Shown in pieces: positions 1 to 10,093 of a DNA stretch of 64,000 bases (position 1 is the first letter of the stretch; each line of letters starts with the position of its first letter). The position numbers and the translations under genes are program-made. The stretch is from an uncultured Spirochaetota bacterium (GTDB lineage Bacteria > Spirochaetota > Brevinematia > Brevinematales > JAOACQ01), in assembly GCA_963783575.1 (NCBI GenBank), contig CAWAOD010000009.1, forward strand, positions 1 through 64,000. The letters are read 5' to 3'. A model generated the notes under the pieces. That model did not search any database and was not told the origin of the DNA. It saw only the letters and a program-made list of their open reading frames with translations.

Positions 1-297
1 AAAGCACTATTATGGCCGGTTCCCGATCATTCGATATGATTCCCTGCCAGCTCTCTCCGGGTACATATTCCTCTATCACCATGTGCGCATTGGATCCGCC
101 AGCTCCAAATGAACTTATTCCGGCTATCCTCGGATATTCTTTTTCCTCTCCCCCCTCTTTAATCCTTGGCCTCACCCATTCCCTTAATTCCTGATTTACT
201 ATAAAAGGAGTATTAACAAAATCTATATTCGGATTTAATACATTTGAATGCAGCGATGGAACCAGCTTTTTATATTTCATCTGAAATAGTACCTTGG

Positions 298-1527
298 TTA
301 TGCCAGTATCCCCGCTGCAGTTTCGCAATGCCCTATATTCGATTTGGCTGACCCTATATAGCAATATTGTTTATCCTGACTATCTTTTATAAACGCCTGC
401 GCTAACCCGGTTATCTCTATCGGGTCTCCTAGATTCGTCCCTGTCCCATGCGCTTCTATATAACTTATACTTCTTAATTTTACTTTCGCCTCTTCTATCG
501 CTATTCCTATTACACTGGCCTGAGAATTGGGATTCGGAACCGAGTATCCGTTCGTTTTACCCCCATGATTTATTGCGCTTCCCTTAATGATTCCATAGAT
601 ATTATCTTTATCCCTTATTGCTTCTTCAAGCCTTTTTAAAATAACAACGCCAACCCCTTCTCCCGGTATATAGCCGTCTCCTCCTATACCGAAACTTTCG
701 CAATGCCCCTTGCCGGATATAAACTGCCCGGCGCTCAGCATTAAATACTTATTCGGATGAATGCTGATATTAACCCCTCCGGCTATTCCCATATCCGTTC
801 TTCCCTGCTTTAAATCCTGACAGGCGATATGTATCGCTGTCAGGGACGATGAGCACATAGTGTCTATTGCCATGCTTGGCCCATGAAGATTTAAAAAATA
901 TGATACCCTGTTGGCTATACTCGCATGGATGCTGGCAATACCCGTTTTCTTCCCACTTAAGCTTGCCTCAGCCCCGAATAACTGGTATTCCCCATACATT
1001 ACTCCCGCATAAACGCCCACCTGCCCCGCGAGTCGTCCCGTTCTTTCCTTCTGCAGATCTTTTCTTGTATATCCCGCATCCTCCAGCGCCAGCCATACTT
1101 GCTCAAGAAACAGCCTTTCCTGCGGGTCGATTATTGCCGCTTCCTTCGGGGATATATTGAAAAACAACGGGTCAAACTTATCCACATCATTTATAAAACC
1201 GCCGTATTTGCTGAAATGATGTCCGGATTTTGTCCTGTCTTCCGTATAAGATTTACGCCAATCCCATCTGTCTCCCGGTATTTCTTTGATGCAGTCTTTT
1301 CCTTTTTTCAAATTCTCCCAATATTCTTTAATATTTCCGGCTTCAGGATATCTTCCCGATACCCCTATTACCGCTATATTCAATGGGGTGCCAGCCGAAG
1401 ATTGATTATTCATATCATGAAATCTGATCCTTCTTTTTAAAGCCGGTGTCCCGGAAAAAAACTCTTTCGTCTCAATTTTTCCCCCGGCTGATCTTTTCCC
1501 ATTTTCCTCCAAGCCCAATAATCCCAT
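298..1527 (-). CDS. PKS fragment: KS2
   Basis: DPQERLFLE, DTMCSSSL, EAHGTGT, KSNIGHCE. Confidence 0.9.
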   Translation of the reverse strand: MGLLGLEENGKRSAGGKIETKEFFSGTPALKRRIRFHDMNNQSSAGTPLNIAVIGVSGRYPEAGNIKEYWENLKKGKDCIKEIPGDRWDWRKSYTEDRTKSGHHFSKYGGFINDVDKFDPLFFNISPKEAAIIDPQERLFLEQVWLALEDAGYTRKDLQKERTGRLAGQVGVYAGVMYGEYQLFGAEASLSGKKTGIASIHASIANRVSYFLNLHGPSMAIDTMCSSSLTAIHIACQDLKQGRTDMGIAGGVNISIHPNKYLMLSAGQFISGKGHCESFGIGGDGYIPGEGVGVVILKRLEEAIRDKDNIYGIIKGSAINHGGKTNGYSVPNPNSQASVIGIAIEEAKVKLRSISYIEAHGTGTNLGDPIEITGLAQAFIKDSQDKQYCYIGSAKSNIGHCETAAGILA

Positions 1528-3583
1528 GAAGTTTGTCTTTGTAATTTTTCAAAAAATATCCCGTGATTTCCTTTAAGGTCCGATATTCAAAAAACAGTGT
1601 CTTTGACAATACGCCAAAACTCTCTTCCAGTTTACTGGTTAATTGCATTACCATGACGGAATCAATCCCGTATTTCTCGAATTCCTCTTCATCTCTAATT
1701 TTGTCGAAAGATAGCTTCATTACTTCCGATAGCCGTCTTTTAAAGTAATTTATCGCTTTTTCTTCCGGAATCTCCTTATCAATGACAAAACTCTCTTTCG
1801 TTTCCGGATAGGATAAATCCTCCGGTATATCATTTGTTTCATTTTTAATGAATATATTATCAATTTTATTTATATCACCTTCCAAAACAATTATTTCCGA
1901 TTTATTTAAATCATAACTCCGATACATCGCTTTAATTCCATTTTCTGTCTTCAACGGAACCAATGCCCATTTTCCCAGCATCATTTTTTTAGTTTCATCG
2001 TCAAGCTTCATGCCGCCTTCCGCCCATAGCGGCCAATTTATGGAGACGGTTTTTCCTCTTCTTTTCTTTTGGCTTACCAGAAGATTTCTATACTCCGCAT
2101 ATCTATCCATAAACGCGTTTCCGCAGGCGTAATCAGCCTGTCCTATATTGCCAAAGGCTCCTGCAATCGATGAAAACAGTATTACGAAATCCAGGTTCAT
2201 ATCCTTTGTCATTTCGTCCAGATTTATTAAACCTTCAACTTTCGGAGCCAAGACTTCCAGGAACTCTTCTATGGTTTTTTTAATAATGAAGCTGTCTTTT
2301 ATGATCCCTGCGCAATGTATAATTCCATTTAGACATCCATACTCCTCCCGGATATTTCCTATCAATGATGCTGCTTCTTTTTTATTGGCGGCATCCATAG
2401 CCCTATATTCAGCTTTTACGCCCATGCTTTCCAATTCTTTTATAAAATTCTCTTTATTTTCCGTTATTTTTGAGCGTCCTGCCAGAATAAGCCTTACTCC
2501 CTTTGTTTTTATTCCTATCTCTTTAGCAAGGATCAACCCCAATCCGCCCAGCCCTCCGGTAATCAGGTAGACTCCTTCATTCTTCCAGATTGGCGGCGCT
2601 TCCTTTTGCATGCTCTCAATTTTTAATAATCTTAAAACCCGCCTTTTATTATCCTCATCATATCTTATCTCTTCATCGTCGATTTGCCCGGCATTCTCCT
2701 CTATTATCCTCGATAAATCATTGCTTTCATTCACGGTGATTATCTGCCATTTTATCCTTGGGTTCTCCTGTCTTGCGGTCTTTAATAAACCCGACATTCC
2801 GCTGAAGATACCCTTTTCCTCTTTGTTTTCCATCAATACCTGAATTAAAACATCGCCTTCCGGCTTTGATCTCAATATCTTCTGAATCTCATTGAAAACG
2901 CAAACCGCGTATTCTTCATATCTTTTTGACGGTTTTTTCTCTTTAGAATCCAGATGAAGATAGTTTGATGCCGGATCCTCTTTTTCTACTCCGCTTATTT
3001 CACAGAGTATTACCAAGCGTTTCTCATAATGGATTGAATTCTGTATTGCCTTAATTTCTTTTTCCTGCCAAACTGGCTCGAGAAGAATAACATTAAGATT
3101 TGCGGATTTTTTATCGGGATCAAAGTTTCCTTCCAATTCCCTGAAAACAAAACCCTTCATTCTTACGCATACTATTCCATCCTCACTGCAAACTTCCATA
3201 TCCAATTTTTGAGTTTTGCCTTCTCCATGAACGCCTTTTGAACGCCTAGCTAACGCCCACATTTTTTCCGTGCATTCATTTAAAATCTCAAGACTCTCCA
3301 AAGCATACGGCAGGCTGAGCTGAAGGCTGTTTTTCCCCTGCAATAACGCCAGCGCCGCCTGCAGCGCGCCGTCTATTATGCCCGGATGCAATATATACCG
3401 ACCTATTTCTTCTAACGTTTTCGGCAGCTCAAGCCACGCCAGCGCCCGGTCCCCATCCGTGTACAATTCCCTTATCGCTCTATGAGCCTCTCCGTAATTT
3501 AATCCAGTCTTTTCAAACGCTCTATAACACTCTTCCCGGGTTATTTTCTTCCCAAATTCTCTTCCTGACGCTTTCCATATCAA
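1472..3583 (-). CDS. PKS fragment: DH C-terminal half, ketoreductase, ACP
   Basis: LHPGIIDGALQ; KR GGLGGLG, HCAGIIKD, GQADYACGN; ACP YGIDSV. Confidence 0.9.
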   Translation of the reverse strand: MIWKASGREFGKKITREECYRAFEKTGLNYGEAHRAIRELYTDGDRALAWLELPKTLEEIGRYILHPGIIDGALQAALALLQGKNSLQLSLPYALESLEILNECTEKMWALARRSKGVHGEGKTQKLDMEVCSEDGIVCVRMKGFVFRELEGNFDPDKKSANLNVILLEPVWQEKEIKAIQNSIHYEKRLVILCEISGVEKEDPASNYLHLDSKEKKPSKRYEEYAVCVFNEIQKILRSKPEGDVLIQVLMENKEEKGIFSGMSGLLKTARQENPRIKWQIITVNESNDLSRIIEENAGQIDDEEIRYDEDNKRRVLRLLKIESMQKEAPPIWKNEGVYLITGGLGGLGLILAKEIGIKTKGVRLILAGRSKITENKENFIKELESMGVKAEYRAMDAANKKEAASLIGNIREEYGCLNGIIHCAGIIKDSFIIKKTIEEFLEVLAPKVEGLINLDEMTKDMNLDFVILFSSIAGAFGNIGQADYACGNAFMDRYAEYRNLLVSQKKRRGKTVSINWPLWAEGGMKLDDETKKMMLGKWALVPLKTENGIKAMYRSYDLNKSEIIVLEGDINKIDNIFIKNETNDIPEDLSYPETKESFVIDKEIPEEKAINYFKRRLSEVMKLSFDKIRDEEEFEKYGIDSVMVMQLTSKLEESFGVLSKTLFFEYRTLKEITGYFLKNYKDKLHGIIGLGGKWEKISRGKN

Positions 3584-4256
3584 TTCTTTCCGCTTCTTTT
3601 GATTTATTTGTTATTCTTCCAGTTCCCCGGCAGTAGATTATCTCTTCCTTTGATGCTCCGCTATTACCGTATACTATATATTCCATACTGCCATCATCTT
3701 CAGGATAAAGAGAGATATTTATCTCCTTCGGTCCATCATCCGCAATGAACGGCTGCTGCCAGACCATATCTTCCAATAGAACCGCTTGGCCACATGCTAC
3801 AGAAGCTTTTTCTATGGCAGCCCTGGCCATCTCCATATAAGCTGACGCTGGCAGCACCTTCCGCCCTTTTATCACATGATCTCTAAGGAAGGGCTCCTCA
3901 CCAGTAAAAACGCTTGTAAAGCACTGCTTTTCGATGCTGGATGTGTTTTCATGAAGCAACGGATGCAGCTTTTTTAAACCTCTATTTCCCGGCTCCTCAT
4001 TCTTATTCTCTATCCAATGCCTTTTCCTGGCGAACGGATAGCCCGGCAGGCTGTATTCATAAATGCTTTTCGTTTTTTCATACAATTTATCCCAATTAAA
4101 ATTCAATCCCTTGACCCATAATTGAGCCGGCTTTAATAAACTAGCCTCTTCTATTGCTTTATTGATAATATTATCCTCTAAATTATTTAACGCGATTATG
4201 AGCTGCATCATTCTTCTTGATATCCCCCTTAAACCAGTATGAATTTCCGCTATCAT
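3522..4256 (-). CDS. PKS fragment: post-linker and dehydratase N-terminal half
   Basis: LPGYPFARKRHW, HPLLH, DH motif FLRDHVIKGRKVLP. Confidence 0.9.
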   Translation of the reverse strand: MIAEIHTGLRGISRRMMQLIIALNNLEDNIINKAIEEASLLKPAQLWVKGLNFNWDKLYEKTKSIYEYSLPGYPFARKRHWIENKNEEPGNRGLKKLHPLLHENTSSIEKQCFTSVFTGEEPFLRDHVIKGRKVLPASAYMEMARAAIEKASVACGQAVLLEDMVWQQPFIADDGPKEINISLYPEDDGSMEYIVYGNSGASKEEIIYCRGTGRITNKSKEAERIDMESVRKRIWEENNPGRVL

Positions 4257-6324
4257 TAAGCCTTTCCCGCAATTCTTTGATATCTTTTACTATTACCGCA
4301 TTTCTGATTTTTCCCTTTTGATCTTCATGCTGCAGGCTATAACAAATCCTTTCAAGCAGCTGCCGTTCGGTTATTCTGCCTTTCCTATCCTCAATATCAT
4401 TATTTATCCTTTTTTCCGCTTCCTTGATTTTTTTATGCAATTCCTCTTCCGTCTCCGCCGAAAAGATCATCAGGCATTCCTCTATAAAACAGCCTTTTAT
4501 CTTCGATGTGTAATATTTCAAATTTGCATTCTCTTCTTCAGCCTTGAAATAAAAATCCATATTTATATCGCCGCCGTTCATAAATGCCTGCATGATGCCG
4601 TTTTGAATATCCTCTTTTATTGTTGAGCCTGAATGGCCGCCTATTTGTATTCCCCGGAGGGTTTCTTTTTCCGCTCTGCCGGCTCTAAGCACAAAAGCAT
4701 TTTCTTTGTCTTGAGCAGATATTTGGCTATTCATCCAGCTTTTTTGCCATTCGCTTTTCAACTCGATATCCAAATCCTTTCTCTTTACTAAAAAAGGATA
4801 TTTCCTGATATTATTAAAATTAATTCTGCTCTCCATCGAATCCGATATGTTCTTAAATAAGCCTTGAGAGGGATTGAAAATAAGTGATAAGGCTTCCTGA
4901 AGTGTAATTATTCCATCCAAAACAAGATTTTGCAGTTCGCTGAAACTTTCATTTTTTATCTCCTCCCGGCCGCTCAAATTCCATTTCCGGTTCACTTTAT
5001 TCAGGCTTACCTCGACTATCAAAGCCCATATAAGCTTTTGCTCCTTGCTCACTGCCTTATTGCTCTTTATTATTTCCCATTCTTCCTTATTAAGCAAACT
5101 TCCCCATTCATCCACATTATTCTTAAATGTATATTGCTCATTCAATAATAATCCAGCCTTGCCTGCTATTTTTTCATATTCATCTTCAGTTATTTTAATT
5201 TTTGCCCTCAGACTTTTCAGATAATCCTTTTTAATATAATAATCCGGAATTATGTTTTTTGTAATAGAATCATAAAATAGGATTCCTCTTTCTTCCTTTA
5301 TTTTTTGCATTCGGTCCTTTGGCTCCGGCTGTCCTGTCAGCCAGCCATAAGCCTCCTCCAGGCTTAATTTCCCTGCTATGACCGCACTTATTAAAAACCC
5401 GGCCTTCTCGCCCTTTATAACATCTGGTTTTAAGCCCAGCTTTATAAATAACTCGCTTAAGCCATAAAGCAAAATAAATTCAATCTGTTTATATCGGTTC
5501 GCATTTATCTTATTATTTTGAAAAATATTTCCGGCCAAATAACTCAACCCATCCACCGATTCCTTGAAAAATTCATTATTTTCATATAAATCCCTGGCCT
5601 GGTTAATTATTTCCCGGGTAACTTTTATGCTGCCGATTTCCAGAATCATGGCGCCTTTATCGCTGGTCCGGCTTATATTTTCATAATTATCCAGCAGCAG
5701 TCCAAGCTCCTCAGTATTCCCGACCATTCCTCCGTATCTATGCCCGAACATTTCTCTTCCCTGTATTGCTTTTTGGCAGAGCTCCCCGATATCTATTTTT
5801 TTTGACTCTTCCAGATGAACATAGTTTTGATACTTTTTTATCAGGTTTTGCAGGCCCTCTTCATCTTTAGCCGATACGGTAAATGGATAGGATTTTTGCT
5901 CTTTTAATTCTTTTATTTTCTGTTTGTAGCTTGTTAAAATAACATGGCTGTTAACACCCCCAAATCCGAACGAGCTTATTCCGGCAATATATGGTCTTTC
6001 TTCCAATTTTTCCCAATCCTGTTTTTTAAGAGCCACTCTAAAGGGGCTGTTTTCAAAATCTATTATTCTGTTTATCTTTTCAATATTGATAGTCGGCGCA
6101 ATTAAGCCTTTTCGCATCATCAAAAGCACTTTTATCAGCCCCGCCATCCCGGATGCCGCTTCCAAATGCCCGATATTTGACTTAACCGATCCTATGGAAC
6201 AGTAATTCCTTTTTTCAGTATCGAATGCCTGCTTTAACGCCTCTATTTCTATAGGATCTCCTAAACTTGTCCCCGTTCCATGAGCTTCGACATAGCTTAT
6301 TTCCTCCGGCATTACACCAGCCAT
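4183..6324 (-). CDS. PKS fragment: KS1 C-terminal part, degenerate AT-like region, repeated KS-AT linker
   Basis: EAHGTGT, KSNIGHLEAASG, SSFGFGGVNSH; AT-like GLKPDVIKGEKAG...AGKLSLEEA lacks GHSxG. Confidence 0.85.
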   Translation of the reverse strand: MAGVMPEEISYVEAHGTGTSLGDPIEIEALKQAFDTEKRNYCSIGSVKSNIGHLEAASGMAGLIKVLLMMRKGLIAPTINIEKINRIIDFENSPFRVALKKQDWEKLEERPYIAGISSFGFGGVNSHVILTSYKQKIKELKEQKSYPFTVSAKDEEGLQNLIKKYQNYVHLEESKKIDIGELCQKAIQGREMFGHRYGGMVGNTEELGLLLDNYENISRTSDKGAMILEIGSIKVTREIINQARDLYENNEFFKESVDGLSYLAGNIFQNNKINANRYKQIEFILLYGLSELFIKLGLKPDVIKGEKAGFLISAVIAGKLSLEEAYGWLTGQPEPKDRMQKIKEERGILFYDSITKNIIPDYYIKKDYLKSLRAKIKITEDEYEKIAGKAGLLLNEQYTFKNNVDEWGSLLNKEEWEIIKSNKAVSKEQKLIWALIVEVSLNKVNRKWNLSGREEIKNESFSELQNLVLDGIITLQEALSLIFNPSQGLFKNISDSMESRINFNNIRKYPFLVKRKDLDIELKSEWQKSWMNSQISAQDKENAFVLRAGRAEKETLRGIQIGGHSGSTIKEDIQNGIMQAFMNGGDINMDFYFKAEEENANLKYYTSKIKGCFIEECLMIFSAETEEELHKKIKEAEKRINNDIEDRKGRITERQLLERICYSLQHEDQKGKIRNAVIVKDIKELRERLNDSGNSYWFKGDIKKNDAAHNRVK

Positions 6325-6341
6325 TTCGATCGCTTTTTGAA

Positions 6342-7229
6342 TTACTTCCTTTTGTAATCTGATATTGGGAGCGCTAATCGACTGGGATGAATTATGTGGT
6401 TCACAGCCGTGCCTTTTACTATTCCCAGTATCTTATGCCCTTTATTCAGCGCATTGGCTAAAGATGTAAGCAAAACAACACCGGCGCCTTCACCCGGCAC
6501 ATATCCGTTGGCTTTATAATCAAAAGGCTTGCATTTGCCGTCGGGACTCAGCATTCTTGCCTTGGAAAAAGAAATATATCTGAAAGGATGGCATATAACA
6601 CTAACACCTCCGGCAAAAGCGTAAACGCTCTCACCTTCTTTTATGCTATTGCAGGCATCATGCAACGCAACCAGCGAAGAGGCGCATGCGGCGTCAATGG
6701 ATTTACTTACACCCTCCAGCCCTAAAAAATAGGATATTCTGTTTGCCAGGATGGAAGCATAGTTCCCTACGCATGAATAGCTGTCTATGTTATTTGAGGA
6801 TGATATGTTTAATTGGTAATCCAGGGCCATTACGCCGATAAAAACGCTTGTTTTGACTTTTTGAAGTTCTTTTAATTTGATATAGGCATCTTCAATACAA
6901 TGCCAACTTTCTTCCAGCAGAATCCTTTGCTGAGGATCAATGTTTTCCGATTCTCTTGGCGATATATTGAAAAAAACGTTATCAAAACAATCTATTTGAT
7001 CTAAAAATCCGCCCCATTTGCTGATGCTTTTATTCGGTTCATTGATGTCCCGTGAATAATATTTTTTTATATCCCACCTGTCTTTTGGGACTTCACTGAT
7101 GCAATCTTTACCTGTTATTAAGTTTTGCCAATATTCTTCATAATGATTTGCGCACGGAAATCTGCATGCCATTCCGATTATCGCTATATCTGTATTTTCT
7201 TTTTTTTCATTATCCCTTTTCAAATTCAT
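6342..7229 (-). CDS. PKS fragment: KS1 N-terminal part
   Basis: DIAIIGMACRFP, DPQQRILLE, active-site DAACASSL. Confidence 0.9.
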   Translation of the reverse strand: MNLKRDNEKKENTDIAIIGMACRFPCANHYEEYWQNLITGKDCISEVPKDRWDIKKYYSRDINEPNKSISKWGGFLDQIDCFDNVFFNISPRESENIDPQQRILLEESWHCIEDAYIKLKELQKVKTSVFIGVMALDYQLNISSSNNIDSYSCVGNYASILANRISYFLGLEGVSKSIDAACASSLVALHDACNSIKEGESVYAFAGGVSVICHPFRYISFSKARMLSPDGKCKPFDYKANGYVPGEGAGVVLLTSLANALNKGHKILGIVKGTAVNHIIHPSRLALPISDYKRK

Positions 7230-7372
7230 AAGATCCTCATATGATTAAAATCAGAAAAACTTAAAGCATCTTCTATTGGAATTCCCTCGGCAGAGCTAGG
7301 GATAATCTCCACATATCTATACGCAACTTTGTTGCGTAAGGAATCTGAACCTGGTCAAGCAGACTGCCCTGA

Positions 7373-7395
7373 TGGTTCGACAGGCTCACCACAAG
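7373..7395. repeat. REP-like 23-nt element TGGTTCGACAGGCTCACCACAAG
   Basis: Related copies at 37781-37796, 49738-49760 (reverse complement), 49784-49849 (interrupted) and 56348-56368. Confidence 0.65.
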
Positions 7396-7755
7396 GCTTC
7401 TGTATCAATTTTTCGAATATTTATAGTGGATCAATGGGCAAACTTGTTAAAGGTAATAAATGATTCTATTTTTTCAACAATATAACTTAATAGATAATTA
7501 TACTTCAAGTAAAAATATAATTCAAAAAAACAATAAACGACCTCGAAGCAAGATGTGAGATATTTCGCAAGAACACTAAGGAACCGAAGATCCTTATGTT
7601 TAAAGATTAAAGCACTTTCATAATAGTATTGAAACGGACATTCCAAAATTAAATAGCATGGTCTTTTCCACACTGGATAAAGCCGCCAAACCCAATAAAG
7701 AAAACCGCTTGATGAATTTTTGTTTTATTGTCCCTTAAGTGCCGATTAATATACG

Positions 7756-8619
7756 CTATCTTATAATTACGTTTGAAATCTCCTCAAGTACTGTTTCCGA
7801 TCCGGACATTATTTGTTTTACAGCAACCCTTCTATCTGAATCCTCAATCATAAGGCTTAAATTCTTTAAAAATGGCTCCATCAGCTTGCCTATAAAAGGA
7901 TCTCCCATTGCGACAATAAGTATAGTGACGTGAAATTTTCCGGCCTTTGTTGTTACTGTTTCTTTTCTGTCATACCGGAAAGTAAGTGGAAAAGGTTCCT
8001 TCATAAAATCCGGAATTACATAGTAAAAAATTCCAGGGCTATGAGGGTCGATTAAGCGATAAACGAAACTTGTTGAAAAAGCATCCACTGTTGGAAAATT
8101 GGGGTTGACATTAATCGTGTAGCTTTTTGTAAATATTTCATCGCTCCTTATAGATTTTGAAGTATATTTCACAATGCCTTTATCCGGATAAAATTGATAG
8201 TGTGAATAGATCATACCTCCAACGCCGAAATTGGCGAAATCTTTCAATTCGTTGGTACTTAAGTTTGCTTCCGATATAATCGCAGAGCATCGAACCGGAT
8301 CGATCAGGACCGATACCGGCCATTTTGTATAATTTTCAGGAAGCTTTCTGCCTCCCATCGGGGAAATAATATCCTCATAAACCCTGTAATAAAATCCTCC
8401 ATCGGCCTTTTTTTCTTTTATAGTAACAAAATACTCATCAATAGTTTTTTCCCCGCCCTGATACATGCCGTAATGAAGGAATTCGCCATCCTTAATTTCA
8501 GTTACCGGATAGGGCTTCATGGGAATTTCAGGAATTTTACCTCCAAGTGGAAAAGCGAAACTACCCATAAATAAAATAAAAACTAAAAATTCCATGAATA
8601 ATTTTATAAATCGGATCAT
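7756..8619 (-). CDS. Secreted hypothetical protein, DUF3108-like C-terminus
   Basis: 287-aa ORF with GGAGG RBS, N-terminal hydrophobic segment, ETVTTKAGKF motif. Confidence 0.7.
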   Translation of the reverse strand: MIRFIKLFMEFLVFILFMGSFAFPLGGKIPEIPMKPYPVTEIKDGEFLHYGMYQGGEKTIDEYFVTIKEKKADGGFYYRVYEDIISPMGGRKLPENYTKWPVSVLIDPVRCSAIISEANLSTNELKDFANFGVGGMIYSHYQFYPDKGIVKYTSKSIRSDEIFTKSYTINVNPNFPTVDAFSTSFVYRLIDPHSPGIFYYVIPDFMKEPFPLTFRYDRKETVTTKAGKFHVTILIVAMGDPFIGKLMEPFLKNLSLMIEDSDRRVAVKQIMSGSETVLEEISNVIIR

Positions 8620-8834
8620 AACATTACCTCCAGCGATAAGAGATAATAAATTTTAGCATCATCCGAACTTAAAAACAATAGGACAATGGTACCATATTGA
8701 TGAGACTCCGGTACTTTTTTTCATATAAGTCTATTCAGTCAGATATATTTTACTATTTATTAGAAATAAAGTATTATTTATATTATATTACACACATATT
8801 GACTTGATATATATATAGTTATATGCAAATATAG

Positions 8835-8850
8835 TACTGACTGGTCAGTA
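8835..8850. promoter_or_regulatory. Probable TetR operator TACTGAC-TG-GTCAGTA
   Basis: Inverted repeat immediately before the TetR start; TTGACT at 8799. Confidence 0.6.
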
Positions 8851-8854
8851 TAAG

Positions 8855-9472
8855 GTGATGTTTATGATTGTTAAAAGTGCGAAAAACAGAATTATATCCG
8901 CAGCAATTAAAACTTTCGCTAAAAATGGATTTGAAGGTTCCCGTGTGGATGAGATAGCAAAAGAAGCAGGTATTCCAAAATCTCTGATTTATTATCATTT
9001 CCGAAGTAAAGATGAGATACTGGATGTAATCAACAAAAGACTTCTTTCGGAATATGAAAAACTAATCCATAAACAAATCGCATCCAGTGAAGATCAAACA
9101 TCCAAAGTAAATGATACTGCGGATACTGAAAGCCCCTACATGGAATTTATGGAAAAAAATATCGATCTTATTCGGATTATTTTTATTGAATCATTGAAAA
9201 AATCCAACAAAAAACCAGGTTTATTCAAAGTTGTGGAAATTTTACTAAAAGATGAAGGCAATGTTTTGGGCACAGGACTGGATGATAAAAGAGACAAGGA
9301 TGAACGGCTGATAGCGGAATTTTTCACTAATATCATTCCCAATCTTGCTTTTTTATGTTTTCAGCAATTTTGGGCCGGGTATTATAATCTTTCAAAAAAA
9401 GAACTGAGAGATATTTATTTGAAAATTTTTCAGCAGACCCATATGGCTTATCATAGGAAGAATAATATTTAA
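8855..9472 (+). CDS. TetR/AcrR family regulator
   Basis: HTH FAKNGFEGSRVDEIAKEAGIPKSLIYYHFRSKDEI. Confidence 0.92.
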   Translation: MMFMIVKSAKNRIISAAIKTFAKNGFEGSRVDEIAKEAGIPKSLIYYHFRSKDEILDVINKRLLSEYEKLIHKQIASSEDQTSKVNDTADTESPYMEFMEKNIDLIRIIFIESLKKSNKKPGLFKVVEILLKDEGNVLGTGLDDKRDKDERLIAEFFTNIIPNLAFLCFQQFWAGYYNLSKKELRDIYLKIFQQTHMAYHRKNNI

Positions 9473-9514
9473 TTTTTTTGAATTTGAAAGTAAATAATGA
9501 TAAAAGAAGATTGT

Positions 9515-10093
9515 ATGAAAGTTTTATTTATTAATTCAAGCCCGAGGAAAAATGGTGTTACCTCAACTATTTTGGAAGGTATTAGAAGCAATCTGCATGA
9601 CTGTCATCAAGTCAGCTGGATTAATATGACGGGCACCTCAATTAAGCCGTGCATCGGCTGCCTGAAATGCCGGCCTGATAAAAAATGCGTACAATCCAGG
9701 GACGATGCCCATAGAATCGGGGAGTTAATTAAAGAGAGTGATATTTTGATTATTGGTTCTCCCTGTTATTGGGGAAATATGAGCGGGGAATTAAAAATAT
9801 TGTTTGACAGAAATGTTACCACTTTTGAATATGCAGATGTCGGAATTCCAAAACCCGTTTTATCAGGAAAGAAAGCAATTCTTGTAATAGCTTCAAACGC
9901 TCCATTTCCTTTTAATCTAATAAAATCTCAAAGTCAGGGCGCTGTCAATTCCATATTGAATATATTGAAAGCTGGAGGGATCCAAACTATCGGAATAATT
10001 AATGTACCGAATACACGCATGTTTGATAAAAATAGCAAGAAATGGCTGAAAAAAGCGACGACAATGGCCCACAAAATTAACCTGCTTTTTTAA
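9515..10093 (+). CDS. Flavodoxin-family / iron-sulfur flavoprotein (NADPH-dependent FMN reductase-like)
   Basis: NSSPRKNG, CIGCLKC...C, GSPCYWG; start 9497 or 9515. Confidence 0.88.
   Translation: MKVLFINSSPRKNGVTSTILEGIRSNLHDCHQVSWINMTGTSIKPCIGCLKCRPDKKCVQSRDDAHRIGELIKESDILIIGSPCYWGNMSGELKILFDRNVTTFEYADVGIPKPVLSGKKAILVIASNAPFPFNLIKSQSQGAVNSILNILKAGGIQTIGIINVPNTRMFDKNSKKWLKKATTMAHKINLLF

Larger units (their letters stand above)
1..7229 (-). pseudogene. Trans-AT-type modular polyketide synthase (KS-pseudoAT/linkers-DH-KR-ACP-KS...), one gene split by 5 single-base indels, 3' end beyond window
   Basis: Adjacent ORF fragments join into continuous PKS sequence after single-base corrections near 6394, 4187, 3555, 1529 and 306. 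The last frame continues GITKVLFQMKYKKLVPSLH...SSFGAGGSNAH...PAIIVL to base 1. May be intact with sequencing errors. Confidence 0.85.

Noticed and set aside
7431..7673. 80-aa ORF upstream of the PKS
   Set aside because: Low-complexity AT-rich sequence with no RBS or motif.
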